Shown here: positions 11,647 to 21,493 of the stretch, one piece after another
How positions within the stretch are numbered: position 1 is the first letter of the stretch
How the letters are laid out: the number at the start of each line of letters is the position of its first letter
Source: Bradymonadales bacterium
GTDB lineage: Bacteria; Bdellovibrionota; UBA2394
Length of the DNA: 64,000 nt
Reading direction: 5' to 3'
Assembly: GCA_007693605.1 (NCBI GenBank)
Contig: REDG01000051.1
Coordinates: forward strand, 6,255 to 70,254
The notes under the pieces: model-generated
The model's input: the letters and a program-made list of their open reading frames with translations, nothing else
What the model was told of the DNA's origin: nothing
Database searches by the model: none
Program-made: the position numbers and the translations under genes

Positions 11647-12231
11647 TTGGGGTCGCTTAAGTGGATTGTTGTGGCTTTGGCGCTGAGCGGATTGCTCAGC
11701 GCTTGCCATTTGTTTCAGAGAGAAAAGGAGTCAGAGATCATGGTGGAGCTTGTCACTTCTAAGGGAAGAATTGTGATTCAATTGAAGCCCGAACAGGCTC
11801 CTAAGACGGTGGAGAATTTTCTGCGCTATGTAGAAGATGGATTCTACGACGGACTGATTTTTCATCGCGTGATTGATGGCTTCATGATTCAGGGAGGCGG
11901 CTTCGATGTTCAGATGCAGCAAAAGCCAGTGCGCGCTCCCATTGAAAATGAGTCCAAGAGCGGATTGGCTAATAAAGCCATGAGCCTTTCAATGGCCCGA
12001 ACAGCAGATCCTCACAGTGCGACTGCTCAATTCTTTATCAATCTGGTCGATAATCCCTATCTCGATGCCCAGGGGGATCAGTGGGGCTACGCGGTCTTTG
12101 CTGAAGTCGTAGAAGGCGAAGAAGTGGTTCGAGAGATCGCCCGAGTCGAAACAGGCTCGTTGGGCTTTCATGAAAATGTCCCCTTAGAGTCCGTCATCAT
12201 TCAGTCGGCCAAGCGCCTCAAAGTAAACTGA
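11647..12231 (+). CDS. ppiA: Cyclophilin-type peptidyl-prolyl isomerase, lipoprotein
   Basis: FHRVIDGFMIQGGG, SMART, SATAQFFINL; lipobox LLSA-C. Confidence 0.9.
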   Translation: MGSLKWIVVALALSGLLSACHLFQREKESEIMVELVTSKGRIVIQLKPEQAPKTVENFLRYVEDGFYDGLIFHRVIDGFMIQGGGFDVQMQQKPVRAPIENESKSGLANKAMSLSMARTADPHSATAQFFINLVDNPYLDAQGDQWGYAVFAEVVEGEEVVREIARVETGSLGFHENVPLESVIIQSAKRLKVN

Positions 12232-12283
12232 AAGCGACAGAGTTCGGCCGGGGAGAGCAAGAAGCTTAAAAGGGCTTCAGCTT

Positions 12284-12604
12284 TTAGATATTCTCTTTAA
12301 TGAAACCTTCGAGCTGTTCCTTTGATAAGGCTCCCACAATCTGACTTTTTTCAGCCCCTCCAGAGAAAATCTTGAGGGTCGGTATGGAGCGAATTCCCAG
12401 CTGGCCTGGGGTGTTGGGGTTTTCATCTACATTCATTTTTAAGACCTTAATCTTGCCGTCCCACTCGGTGGCAATCTCCTCAACTACCGGAGCAATGGCT
12501 CGGCAGGGGCCGCACCAGCTCGCCCAGAAATCGACGAGAACCGGCGTCTGGGACTGAAGGACTTCTTCTTGAAAACTTGCATCGGACACTTCTTTTACAG
12601 CCAT
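12284..12604 (-). CDS. trxA: Thioredoxin
   Basis: [20 protein letters not shown]; start at ATG 12604. Confidence 0.96.
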   Translation of the reverse strand: MAVKEVSDASFQEEVLQSQTPVLVDFWASWCGPCRAIAPVVEEIATEWDGKIKVLKMNVDENPNTPGQLGIRSIPTLKIFSGGAEKSQIVGALSKEQLEGFIKENI

Positions 12605-12684
12605 GGAGCCCACTAAAACCAAAGTTCATGAACTTGTAAAGATCTGTTCGTGATTTCAGGGTCGAGGATGCCTTAGAATGGCCC

Positions 12685-14127
12685 ATGGCCTTTTCGTATG
12701 CGCTCTTAGAGAACAACAGAAGTCTGTGCTTTAGCATTCTAAAGATTCAGTCAGAGGCCTTGACAGGGCTTTTGGTCATTGAAATTCCTACTGCTTCTCA
12801 GAAAATGGAACGAAAGGAGATTGCCTTTGAAGGGGGAGAGCCTCTTGCGATTCGTTCCACTCGTGCAAAAGACCGCTTGCTCAGCTTTCTTCGCGACACG
12901 AAACTTTTGAGTGAGTCTGACCAAAACGAATTGGCTGAGAGTTTTTCTTCCCCTCCGAGCGATCAAGAGCTGATTTCTTGGATGCTCTCGACCGGCCGCA
13001 TCGAACAGGATGAGCTCACAAAGACCTTAGAGGCTTACTTTTTGGAGCGCTGTTTTGATTTGCTTTGCCAGGTTCGAGGTCGAGTCTCATTTCATGAGTT
13101 GAAGGAGATTCCAGAGAAAGTGAAGAGCTTAGAAGCGGTTCGACCTTCGGCAAGTATAAAGACGGTCTTCTGGTCTGAGCTTCGAAAGAGATGGGACAAA
13201 AATTATTGTTTCACTCGGCTTCAAACCCAAAATGCCACGCAGCTGCAGATTGTCGGGAAGCTTGGCTTGAATTTGGGCTCGACGGAGATGGATCGCCTCA
13301 AAGACCTAGAGGCTAAGCCGGTCGAGTGGCGGCGATTGGAGCTTGAATCTTTGATTTTGTTGGCGGTGGGCCTGGAGCTTGGGCAATTGAAAGCCGTTCA
13401 GTCCGGAAACTCAGAAATCAGCTCGAAGCTAAAGGAGATTCTATCAAGAAAGGCTTTTGAGGAGGTCTTGGGAGTCGATCTCGACGCAGACATTTCTCTT
13501 TTAAAGAAGCAGCACCAGCAATTGATTCGAGACTTTCACCCCGATCGACTGCCCAAGTCTGCGAGCCCTGAGCTTCGAAGTCTTTGCGAAGACACTTTGG
13601 CTCATATCAATGAGGCCTACTCGGTCTTATCTCATCCAGAGAAGAGAGAAGAGTATTTGGCGGAACGAGAAATTGAGAAGCTCGGCGGAAGAGGATTTAT
13701 CGAGAAGAAGATTCAAGCCGAGTTTGAGTACGAAGAGATTCGGAAGCAAGTGCTTCGAAAGAACTATCAACAAGCCTATGAAAAAATGGAGGGGCTAAAG
13801 GACTATCTGGCAGATGACCCCGGATTTATGGCCGACCTCTTGTTTTGCCAGGCCATGGTGGCCACATCAAAAACCAGAGACGAGCAGCTTTTAAGAGAAA
13901 TTCAATCGAAGATTTCTGCTCTCTCTTCTCAGCAACCCCAGATTCTCTACTACGAAGGAGTTTTGCTCAAGCTCTTGGGACAAGAGAAACAGGCGATACG
14001 GAGTTTCGAAAAGGTCTTAGCGGCAGAGCCGAATCATATGGATGCGGTCATGGAGATGCGAGTTCTCTCTGGCCGTGACGAGAAGAAGTCGAAGTCTTGG
14101 TTTGGCAAGAAGGGGTCTGAGAAGTGA
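12685..14127 (+). CDS. J-domain protein with DUF4388/PATAN-like N-terminus and C-terminal TPR
   Basis: EVLGV...FHPDRL...INEAYSVLS (J domain with HPD); C-terminal YYEGVLL..GQ..QA...FEKVL..EP TPR; N-terminal LTGLLVI..KEIAFEGGEP. Confidence 0.75.
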   Translation: MAFSYALLENNRSLCFSILKIQSEALTGLLVIEIPTASQKMERKEIAFEGGEPLAIRSTRAKDRLLSFLRDTKLLSESDQNELAESFSSPPSDQELISWMLSTGRIEQDELTKTLEAYFLERCFDLLCQVRGRVSFHELKEIPEKVKSLEAVRPSASIKTVFWSELRKRWDKNYCFTRLQTQNATQLQIVGKLGLNLGSTEMDRLKDLEAKPVEWRRLELESLILLAVGLELGQLKAVQSGNSEISSKLKEILSRKAFEEVLGVDLDADISLLKKQHQQLIRDFHPDRLPKSASPELRSLCEDTLAHINEAYSVLSHPEKREEYLAEREIEKLGGRGFIEKKIQAEFEYEEIRKQVLRKNYQQAYEKMEGLKDYLADDPGFMADLLFCQAMVATSKTRDEQLLREIQSKISALSSQQPQILYYEGVLLKLLGQEKQAIRSFEKVLAAEPNHMDAVMEMRVLSGRDEKKSKSWFGKKGSEK

Positions 14128-14990
14128 TTTTGTGGAGTGGATTGCTGCTCTTGAGTCTGCTCGCCAGCTTTTTTCTATGGAAGTATCTGAGGGAACTGCA
14201 AAATCTCTACTTAAATGTTTCTAGGATCTTCTTCTTTTTGAGCGTGATGAGTGTTGTTGGATCTCTTCTGTGGCCAAGAGATTTTCTCCCCATCGAGGGC
14301 AGCCGACTGATGATCAGCAATTTGGCCTTCTTAGGCTCAGTGAGCCTGGTTTGTTTTGTTTTATGTTGGAGAAAGAGCTTTCTGAATCTCGCTTTTTTCG
14401 GAGGGCTTGGCCAAGCCGCCCTCTTGTTGAGTTTTATGATCTGGGGGGATTTCTTTTTTCAATCCGGTGAGGCCTCCGTTTGGGTTTGGGTGCATGTGGG
14501 CTTCGTCCTAATCGGAGAGGTGCTTTTGTTTATGGCGGCCATTGCGAGTTTGGCCTATCTCTGGGGCCTTTATCAGTTGCAGGTCTTAAAGAGGTCACCC
14601 TTGTTTTTTGGAAACTCCTCTCTCTCAGGGATCGATTTCCGAATCCTCCAATTGATTCGAGTGGGTTTCATTTTTTTGAGCTTGGGAATTCTTCTCGGAA
14701 TCTTCAGTGCAAAGGAGCTTTGGCAAGGTCAGTGGTGGCTAGATTCTAAAGTCATTTTGGCTTTGGGAAGTTGGTTCATTTATGGGGCAATTCTATTGTT
14801 TCGATCTTTCGGGGCGATATCGAAGGGGCTTACGGCAGTGGCCTCGATTTTTGGGTTTATGCTGATTGTTAGCATTGCCATCGGCCTTCATCGGTGGTCC
14901 GATCTCGATCGTTGGAGAAAGTCACCCGAAGAGACCCCCACTGAGGTCGAGGTGATCGAAAGACTATTTTTGGATGAGGGGGAGCGATGA
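14124..14990 (+). CDS. CcsA/HemX-like cytochrome c assembly membrane protein
   Basis: Multi-TM; WVWVHVG, GILLGIFSAKELWQGQWWLDSK (WWD-like); directly upstream of hemA. Confidence 0.75.
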   Translation: MILWSGLLLLSLLASFFLWKYLRELQNLYLNVSRIFFFLSVMSVVGSLLWPRDFLPIEGSRLMISNLAFLGSVSLVCFVLCWRKSFLNLAFFGGLGQAALLLSFMIWGDFFFQSGEASVWVWVHVGFVLIGEVLLFMAAIASLAYLWGLYQLQVLKRSPLFFGNSSLSGIDFRILQLIRVGFIFLSLGILLGIFSAKELWQGQWWLDSKVILALGSWFIYGAILLFRSFGAISKGLTAVASIFGFMLIVSIAIGLHRWSDLDRWRKSPEETPTEVEVIERLFLDEGER

Positions 14991-16213
14991 GTTTGTGGGT
15001 GGTCGGGACCGACCATCATCGCGCAAGTTTAGATTTGAGAGTTAAGGCATCTATGGGCGGCAAGCTGGATGAGCTGCAGGCCTTGAAAGATTTTTCTCAC
15101 CATGTCTTTTTGTCGACTTGCAACCGAGTGGAGGTCTATAGCTCAGACCCCCGAGGGCCCTCTGAGTTTCTAGCTCGCTGGAAGCAAGAGGCCTCACTGA
15201 CGACAGAGGAGGCCAAGATCTTTTTTAGTTATGAAGGTGAAGAAGCTCTTCATCATCTGTTTCGAGTTGGGGCGAGTTTAGAGTCGATGGTTCTTGGCGA
15301 GAATCAGATTACCGGTCAAGTGAAGCGGGCCTATCAACGGGCTTTAGATTCTTCTTCGTTGAGTGCGGCACTTCACCGAGGCTTTCAGTCCAGCTTTCGA
15401 GTGGCCAAAAGAATAAAGGCCGAGACAGAGATCAGTCAGTTCTCCATTAGTATTCCCTCAGTAGGATTACGACTAGCAGAAAAGGTGTTGGGAGATCTCA
15501 GCCGACGGGTGGTGGGGGTGGCGGGCCTCGGGGAGATCGGGAGGTTGGCCGCCGAACACTTTGCAGCGGTCTTTCCGAAAAGGCTTCTTCTCTACAATCG
15601 AACTCAAGAGACGGCAGAAAACTTGAAGCTTCAGCTTCAGAGTCAGGGAGTCGAAGTCGAAGTTGTGAGAGATCTAGACCAATTGCTGTCAGAGTCTGAT
15701 GTCCTTGTCTCTGGAATGGCTGCAACTGCCCTGAAGGTTGAAGACTGGCAGTTGAAGCTCCGAAACTCTTCGCTTCAGTTTATTCTCGATCTTGCCGTAC
15801 CCCCACAGATCCCTCCCCAGCTCTCAGAACGGGCTTTTATCTATTTTGTCGACGATCTAAAGAGGATTTCTGAGGAAAATAACAAACTTCGACATCAAGA
15901 GTTGATCAAAGCCGAATCAATCATCGAAGATGAACTCAAAAGGGCTTGGTCACAGTTTGAGCCTCTAGATGTTCAGCAAACACTTCATCTGCTTTCTTCA
16001 AAGGTGGATGAAACCCGTCGCATCGAACTCGAGGCTCTGAGGCAAAGGTTGGGGGCGGTTACAGAAGAGGATTGGAAAGAGATTGAAAAGATGAGTGAGC
16101 GATTGAGTTCAAAGATTTTGCAAGATCCGATGCGAGAGTTGAGATCTCGCTTAGAGGGTGGGGTCGAAAAGGAAGGATTGATTCAAGCCTTTCGTAACTT
16201 TTTTGGAATCTAG
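14987..16213 (+). CDS. hemA: Glutamyl-tRNA reductase
   Basis: LSTCNRVEVY, HLFRVGASLESMVLGENQITGQVK, GLGEIG, DLAVP. Confidence 0.93.
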   Translation: MSLWVVGTDHHRASLDLRVKASMGGKLDELQALKDFSHHVFLSTCNRVEVYSSDPRGPSEFLARWKQEASLTTEEAKIFFSYEGEEALHHLFRVGASLESMVLGENQITGQVKRAYQRALDSSSLSAALHRGFQSSFRVAKRIKAETEISQFSISIPSVGLRLAEKVLGDLSRRVVGVAGLGEIGRLAAEHFAAVFPKRLLLYNRTQETAENLKLQLQSQGVEVEVVRDLDQLLSESDVLVSGMAATALKVEDWQLKLRNSSLQFILDLAVPPQIPPQLSERAFIYFVDDLKRISEENNKLRHQELIKAESIIEDELKRAWSQFEPLDVQQTLHLLSSKVDETRRIELEALRQRLGAVTEEDWKEIEKMSERLSSKILQDPMRELRSRLEGGVEKEGLIQAFRNFFGI

Positions 16214-16230
16214 CAGGGTGAGGAAGCAGT

Positions 16231-17151
16231 ATGTCTAAAATCTATCGAATCGGGACTCGAAAGTCAGAACTCGCGATGTGGCAAGCCCAGTATGTAGAGT
16301 GGTTGATGCGGGAGCAGTGGCCAGAGGAAAAGTTTGAGATTGTGGCCCTCTCTGTGAAAGGGGATGACTCTGATCTTCGAATCTCGGATTCTGGAGGGAA
16401 AGACCTCTATTGCAAAGATCTAGAGAAGGCCCTGATCGCTGGGGAGGTTGACCTCTGTGTGCACAGTCTTAAAGATTTGCCGGTGACTTTGCCGGAGGAA
16501 TGTAATTTGGCGGCTGTAATTGAAAGGGGGGAGGTTCGGGATGTCGTGATTACTCGTGACAAGAAAGTTCTTCATGAACTTCCAGAGGGTTCTAAGATTG
16601 GTACTTCCAGTTTGCGTCGAAGAGCACAACTACGAGCTCAAGGAGTTTCGTTAGAAATTGTCGACATTCGGGGCAATGTCGACACCCGTATAAAGAAACT
16701 TCATGAGGGGGAAGTGGATGCCTTGATTCTGGCAGCGGCGGGAGTATTGCGCTTGGGAAGAGAGAATGAGATTTCAGAGTATTTAGAGCCTTATACATTC
16801 GTGCCTGCTCCTGGCCAGGGGGCGATTGCCATTGAGTGTCGAACCCAAGATGAGGATCTTCGATTTAAATTGAGAACGCTTCATCATGATGAGTCAGGTC
16901 AGGCGATTGAGGCCGAGAGAAGTTTTTTGAAGAGGCTCGGAGGGAGTTGTGTTTTGCCCTTGGGCGCCTGGTGCCAGATTGAGCAGTTTCAAATGCGACT
17001 GAGGGCTTTTTTGGCAGATGTGCAGGCAGAGACGGTCATGATGGAATCGGCCGTAGGTCCTGTCGGTCATGCTCAAGAGCTTGGGGAAAAACTAGCGGAT
17101 CGCTTTCTTTCTCAAGGTGCGAGGCGAGTTCTTGAAAAAGTCTCGACCTAG
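16231..17151 (+). CDS. hemC: Hydroxymethylbilane synthase (porphobilinogen deaminase)
   Basis: IGTRKSELAMWQA, VHSLKD, GTSSLRR, IRGNVDTR, PAPGQGA, GGSC. Confidence 0.95.
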   Translation: MSKIYRIGTRKSELAMWQAQYVEWLMREQWPEEKFEIVALSVKGDDSDLRISDSGGKDLYCKDLEKALIAGEVDLCVHSLKDLPVTLPEECNLAAVIERGEVRDVVITRDKKVLHELPEGSKIGTSSLRRRAQLRAQGVSLEIVDIRGNVDTRIKKLHEGEVDALILAAAGVLRLGRENEISEYLEPYTFVPAPGQGAIAIECRTQDEDLRFKLRTLHHDESGQAIEAERSFLKRLGGSCVLPLGAWCQIEQFQMRLRAFLADVQAETVMMESAVGPVGHAQELGEKLADRFLSQGARRVLEKVST

Positions 17152-17800
17152 AATTCTGGCTCTTGGTTCGGCGGCCACACTCGCTCGGCTAAAGACGGAA
17201 GCCTCTTTGACCCAGTGGACTCTGCAGCGGGTTCTGAACATCGTTCCGGTAGTGCAGAAAGCGCTGCCTCGTAGGGAGTTTGACTACACTTTGCTCAGCT
17301 CGCAGTACGCCTTAAGGGGTTTGCAAAAGTGGCCTCCAACAAAACAGTGGCTTTGTATTGGCGAGGCGACTGCTCAGGCTTTGAAACGAAAGGCGCCAGA
17401 ACTAAAGCCAAAAATTCTGAAGCCCTCTGACCGTCGAGGGATATTCAAGTTCTTTCAGGGCCAGACCCATCGAAAGAAGGGGGCTCGGGTGTTCTATCCT
17501 TGCTCGTCTCGTTCTGATCCTAGACTTGCTCAGAAGATCAGAGAGATGGGCTTTCGGGTGGTCGTTCGGAAAGTCTATCGAACGGAACTTCTGAAACTTT
17601 CTCGATCAAACCGATCTCGGCTGCTGGCGGGTGAATTTGATGCCGTCTTATGCCTCAGCCCGTCGAGTTTTCTAGCCCTCCGAAAGTCCTTCGGCATCAG
17701 CCTGATTCGCCGCCTGTCGGTTGAATTTTTAGTTCTCGGGTCTACCACACAGCAGGCCCTCAGGGCCTGGGGCATTGAGGCCAGGCGAATTCGCGGCTAG
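17117..17800 (+). CDS. hemD: Uroporphyrinogen-III synthase (divergent)
   Basis: CIGEATAQAL, VYRT, LSPS, LGSTTQQALRAWG; follows hemC; start uncertain. Confidence 0.75.
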   Translation: MRGEFLKKSRPRILALGSAATLARLKTEASLTQWTLQRVLNIVPVVQKALPRREFDYTLLSSQYALRGLQKWPPTKQWLCIGEATAQALKRKAPELKPKILKPSDRRGIFKFFQGQTHRKKGARVFYPCSSRSDPRLAQKIREMGFRVVVRKVYRTELLKLSRSNRSRLLAGEFDAVLCLSPSSFLALRKSFGISLIRRLSVEFLVLGSTTQQALRAWGIEARRIRG

Positions 17801-17859
17801 ATTCTAAGGGATTTCTTGAATTGACAGGGCTTGGAAAGCTTTTTAACAGGCTGTAGCAG

Positions 17860-18294
17860 ATGCAAGATCCTGACGGAAATTACGGGCAAAGACAGATCTC
17901 AGAGAACCGACTCGAGGCGATTCCCTTTTCGTTTTCAGAGCCTCCCACTTTGATTTATTTCACTTGCCCCGAGGGGACGAGCTTGTGTCCTCGGTCTGGA
18001 TTTCCTGATTTCTGGACGGCTCATATCTGGTTCGTTCCAAAGGAGAAGATTGTTGAGCTAAAGAGCTTGAAGCTTTATCTGAACTCCTACCGAGAGCGGG
18101 CGTGTTACCACGAAGAATTGGCGCATCGATTGTTGAATGATTTGGATCAAACACTCGAGCCTCGGTATCTGAAAGTGGTTCTGGATTTTACACGAAGAGG
18201 AAATATTCAGACGGATGTTCAGGTCGAGAAAGCTCAAAGTGACTATCAGGGCCCAAGGGCTCCCGAATGGAAAACTCGCTACGACTTTCGCTGA
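17860..18294 (+). CDS. queF: PreQ0 reductase QueF (type I)
   Basis: TSLCP..GFPDF, VELKSLKLYL, YHEE, RGNI. Confidence 0.92.
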   Translation: MQDPDGNYGQRQISENRLEAIPFSFSEPPTLIYFTCPEGTSLCPRSGFPDFWTAHIWFVPKEKIVELKSLKLYLNSYRERACYHEELAHRLLNDLDQTLEPRYLKVVLDFTRRGNIQTDVQVEKAQSDYQGPRAPEWKTRYDFR

Positions 18295-19199
18295 CTCGTG
18301 TCTTTTCCATCTTTTGCTCTTTGGATCCAGTCCAGATTTCGTTTCCAGTTTTCCTTTGGGACATAGGAGATTGCCTTTGATTCGATTCGTTGGGGCCAGT
18401 TTGGATCTTCGATGTCTGAGCCTTGCAGCTTCTGAAAGGAGAGGGCTTCGGAGTCTTCGAGAGGAATCAACTTTCGGTTCCAAGGGCAGACCTCTTGGCA
18501 GATGTCGCAGCCCGCAATCCAGTTGTGAAAGTTTGGAGTGTCGTCAGAAAACTCCGTCCGATGTTCTAAAGTCCAATAAGAAATGCATTTCTTAGCGTCC
18601 AAGACATAGGCTTGAAGAGCGTCGGTGGGGCAGGCGTCGAGGCATCGACGGCAGCTTCCGCAATGGTCTGTCATCACGGGCTTTCGTTTAAAAGTTTCGG
18701 GGCTGAGATTGATGAGGATTTCTCCTAAAAACAGGCTGGATCCATGACGAGGATGTAGAAGGAGAGTGTTCTTTCCCTGCCAACCTAAGCCCGCTCTCTG
18801 GGCCCAGAACTTTTCTAAGACCGGGGCCGTGTCGACACAGAGCTTCGATTCAAGCTCTGGAAATTGATCTCTGAGAGCCCTCTCTGTTTTTTGGAGTTTC
18901 TCTTTGAGTACGCGATGATAGTCCTCTCCCCAGCTATAGTTGGAGACTTTCACTGGGCCTTCCGCCCAGCCGGGGAAGTAATAGAGCCCGAAGCAGAGGA
19001 TCGCCTTGGCTTTAGGAAAATACCGAAGAGGATCTAGTCTCTCTTCCATTCGCCTCTCAAGGTACTGCATTTGAGGGCCCTTGTACTTTCTCAACCACTC
19101 TTGGTATTGGTCTTTCAGCTCGATGGGAACATGAAGGTCACTGACGCCAGAGATCGTCCAACCCAGATCTTTTGAGAATGAATCTAAATCAAAGCTCAC
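18279..19199 (-). CDS. queG: Epoxyqueuosine reductase QueG
   Basis: GEDYH, VDTAPVLEK, AGLGWQGKN, CGSCRRCLDACPT, CISY, GCDICQEVCPWN. Confidence 0.94.
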   Translation of the reverse strand: MSFDLDSFSKDLGWTISGVSDLHVPIELKDQYQEWLRKYKGPQMQYLERRMEERLDPLRYFPKAKAILCFGLYYFPGWAEGPVKVSNYSWGEDYHRVLKEKLQKTERALRDQFPELESKLCVDTAPVLEKFWAQRAGLGWQGKNTLLLHPRHGSSLFLGEILINLSPETFKRKPVMTDHCGSCRRCLDACPTDALQAYVLDAKKCISYWTLEHRTEFSDDTPNFHNWIAGCDICQEVCPWNRKLIPLEDSEALSFQKLQGSDIEDPNWPQRIESKAISYVPKENWKRNLDWIQRAKDGKDTSQRKS

Positions 19200-19221
19200 A
19201 CCGAAGCTCTAGCGAAGCTTT

Positions 19222-19791
19222 TCAAGCTCCGCGAGCGTTAAGGGGCCTTTTCTTCTTTTGCTTTTGACGGCTTTTTACGATCTTTCTGAGCCGGTTCTTG
19301 TCTCGGGGTGACAAATCGACGAATTCAACGCCCATTCCTTTCGGATGGGTCGGAGATTCCTCTCCCTGAACCCAGCGAACGAGGGCAATGCCTTCAAGGG
19401 GGGGCTCAGGGTCGAGCAGCAGCCTGAACTGAAAGCTCGACGACAGGGGATAGGGCTGAGGGGTTTTGATGTACATCCCGCCACGACTGATATCCACCGT
19501 ATGACTTCGGTGACTGGGTCTCGCAGCGGCCGCCGTGACGATTAGAACGGGAATCTGCAAATCTCTTCTAAAACTTTCGCTTTGAGTTCGACCTCTCATT
19601 CGACGCCAGAGGTAGTAAACATTTCGACGAATTCGGTAGCGCTTCTGGTAGGTCCAAGAGATCAGGAGCCCTCCTCCAATACAGGCCCCCATAATCAAAA
19701 CCAGCAGAAACAGGTCCTCTTGGCTAAAGCCCCGAACCATCGCATCTCGAACCGAATCGACGAAAGAGTCCATTCTCTGATTTTGACTCAT
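19222..19791 (-). CDS. Membrane-anchored PilZ-domain protein
   Basis: N-terminal TM; DISRGGMYI (D/NxSxxG), VRWV, GMGVEFVDL. Confidence 0.8.
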   Translation of the reverse strand: MSQNQRMDSFVDSVRDAMVRGFSQEDLFLLVLIMGACIGGGLLISWTYQKRYRIRRNVYYLWRRMRGRTQSESFRRDLQIPVLIVTAAAARPSHRSHTVDISRGGMYIKTPQPYPLSSSFQFRLLLDPEPPLEGIALVRWVQGEESPTHPKGMGVEFVDLSPRDKNRLRKIVKSRQKQKKKRPLNARGA

Positions 19792-19815
19792 TTCATTATT
19801 GTCCCACAGGAGGGA

Positions 19816-20973
19816 TCAAAGCGCCAAAGGATCTCGTCCATCGAGGCGGACCACTGACTCCAGATGCCTTGTTTGAGGAAAAAGGTCGATTAGTGTCCAG
19901 CTTTGAATTCGATACCCGCCCTTCTTGACCAAAGGGGTGAGGTCTCGAATGAGAGACCCGAGCGAGCAAGAAACATAAATCACTCGGGGCAGGGGCCGAC
20001 CCATAAGGGATCGACAGAGTTTCAGAGATCCCCCTCGGGGTGGATCCATCACGACGCAGTCGGGCGCTTGATCTAAAAGAGAGATCAGGTTCTCTGCTTC
20101 CCCTTCAATCCATTCAATCTTTGAAGAGTTTTTCTTCGCCCAAGCGATGCTCTCAGAATGGGACTCTACTCCAATCACTCGTTCAAAAACTTCCGAGAGG
20201 GGAAGACTCAAATTTCCTACGCCCGAAAAGAAATCGATAGCGAGTTTCTTTCGAGGCAAATCTTTTAGTTCGTTCAAAACCTGTTCAACCAAAAGCTCAT
20301 TCGCAAACAAATTTCCCTGAGTGAAGGAGTTGGCTCCCACGCCCAGCTTGTGAGATCGCAGTGAATAAGTGGCATCCTGTTCCAGCAGTTGACCATTAAA
20401 GAAGCCGAAGCTTCTCGATGGAAAGCTCTTCAGTTCCTTCGCCTTTCTTTCAAGGGCTTCAAAGAAGCCCTTCACAAGAACAGGACAATCTTGAATGGGA
20501 TGAAGTTCATGACTCTTTTCTTTGGTAAAGTGGAGCTGAGAGTCTTTCGCATGAATTCTCACGCGGTGCCGATACTCATAAGCTTTTGGGCTCTCGATGT
20601 ATTGAAAGTGCTCTGGATCGAAATAGGGGGCCAGAGGTGAGCGCTTCAACCAATGAGAAGCCCATGAAATCTTCCACTCTCTTTGTTCTTTGGGTGAAAG
20701 GTGTTGGAGTTGACAGCCACCACAGTCGTAAAAGTGCGTGCAACGCACATGAGCATGGGCATCGCTCCGTTTGATCCAGCGAAGCACTCTTGCCTGATAT
20801 CGACTCTTTTCTCGAGCCACCAGTTCAATCTCGACCACATCACCCGACCGAGTCTTCGGAACGAAGACGACAGCTTGGCCAAGAGAGGCCAACCCTTCGC
20901 CCCGACTTCCCAAGCCCTCGATCTCGACTTGATGCCGAGTATAAATTTCTAACTTTGATGATGCAGTGTGCAT
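19816..20973 (-). CDS. rlmD: RNA (uracil-5)-methyltransferase RlmD/RumA family with TRAM domain
   Basis: CTHFYDCGGCQLQH Fe-S motif, SFTQGN, DFFSGVG, DPPRGG, YVSC, DLFPQTRHLE. Confidence 0.85.
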   Translation of the reverse strand: MHTASSKLEIYTRHQVEIEGLGSRGEGLASLGQAVVFVPKTRSGDVVEIELVAREKSRYQARVLRWIKRSDAHAHVRCTHFYDCGGCQLQHLSPKEQREWKISWASHWLKRSPLAPYFDPEHFQYIESPKAYEYRHRVRIHAKDSQLHFTKEKSHELHPIQDCPVLVKGFFEALERKAKELKSFPSRSFGFFNGQLLEQDATYSLRSHKLGVGANSFTQGNLFANELLVEQVLNELKDLPRKKLAIDFFSGVGNLSLPLSEVFERVIGVESHSESIAWAKKNSSKIEWIEGEAENLISLLDQAPDCVVMDPPRGGSLKLCRSLMGRPLPRVIYVSCSLGSLIRDLTPLVKKGGYRIQSWTLIDLFPQTRHLESVVRLDGRDPLAL

Positions 20974-21113
20974 AACTAAAAAAATGATTCCTTTTCAAGA
21001 GCTTGGAGTTCTTTGCCGGACTTAGACGGATTCACCGAACTGCGTCAATTGGAAAAGCCTGGGTAAGTTCGGGTGCACCTGTGTTAGTCTGTAGGGGTCA
21101 GAGGAGGGAGAGC

Positions 21114-21482
21114 ATGGAGGCTTGGATCCACAAAAAATCTCTAGTCATAGAGAATTTATTCTCAGTTACCGCCAATCTTATTGAATCCGTCGAGGCGGAA
21201 GATTGGTCTCAATTTGACATCACCCTTAATCGGCGATCTCAGCTTTTTTCAGAGCTTCAACGAATCGACCAGAAATTTGGAACCCAGATTTGCGGAGAAG
21301 AGGCAAAATGGTTGAATCAGCTCAAGCAAATTGATGAGATGGGTCGAGTGCTTCAATCCAAAATGTTTGAGAAGAAAGACTCTTCAAAAGAGGCTTTAAA
21401 ACGGGCTCGCCATGAAAAAGTGGAGTGGGTTCGAGAAAATATGTTGCAGGCGCAAGGAAACAGCCTAGAAATCAAAGGATAG
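21114..21482 (+). CDS. Helical protein, possibly FliT-like
   Basis: SD GAGGAG before ATG 21114; EAEDWSQFDITLNRRSQLF resembles the FliT helix pattern. Confidence 0.45.
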   Translation: MEAWIHKKSLVIENLFSVTANLIESVEAEDWSQFDITLNRRSQLFSELQRIDQKFGTQICGEEAKWLNQLKQIDEMGRVLQSKMFEKKDSSKEALKRARHEKVEWVRENMLQAQGNSLEIKG

Positions 21483-21493
21483 TTGGAGGAGTG

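Noticed and set aside
20995-21022. sigma28-like promoter TCAAG-N15-GCCGGACT before the FliT-like gene
   Set aside because: The -10 element deviates from GCCGATAA; too weak to call
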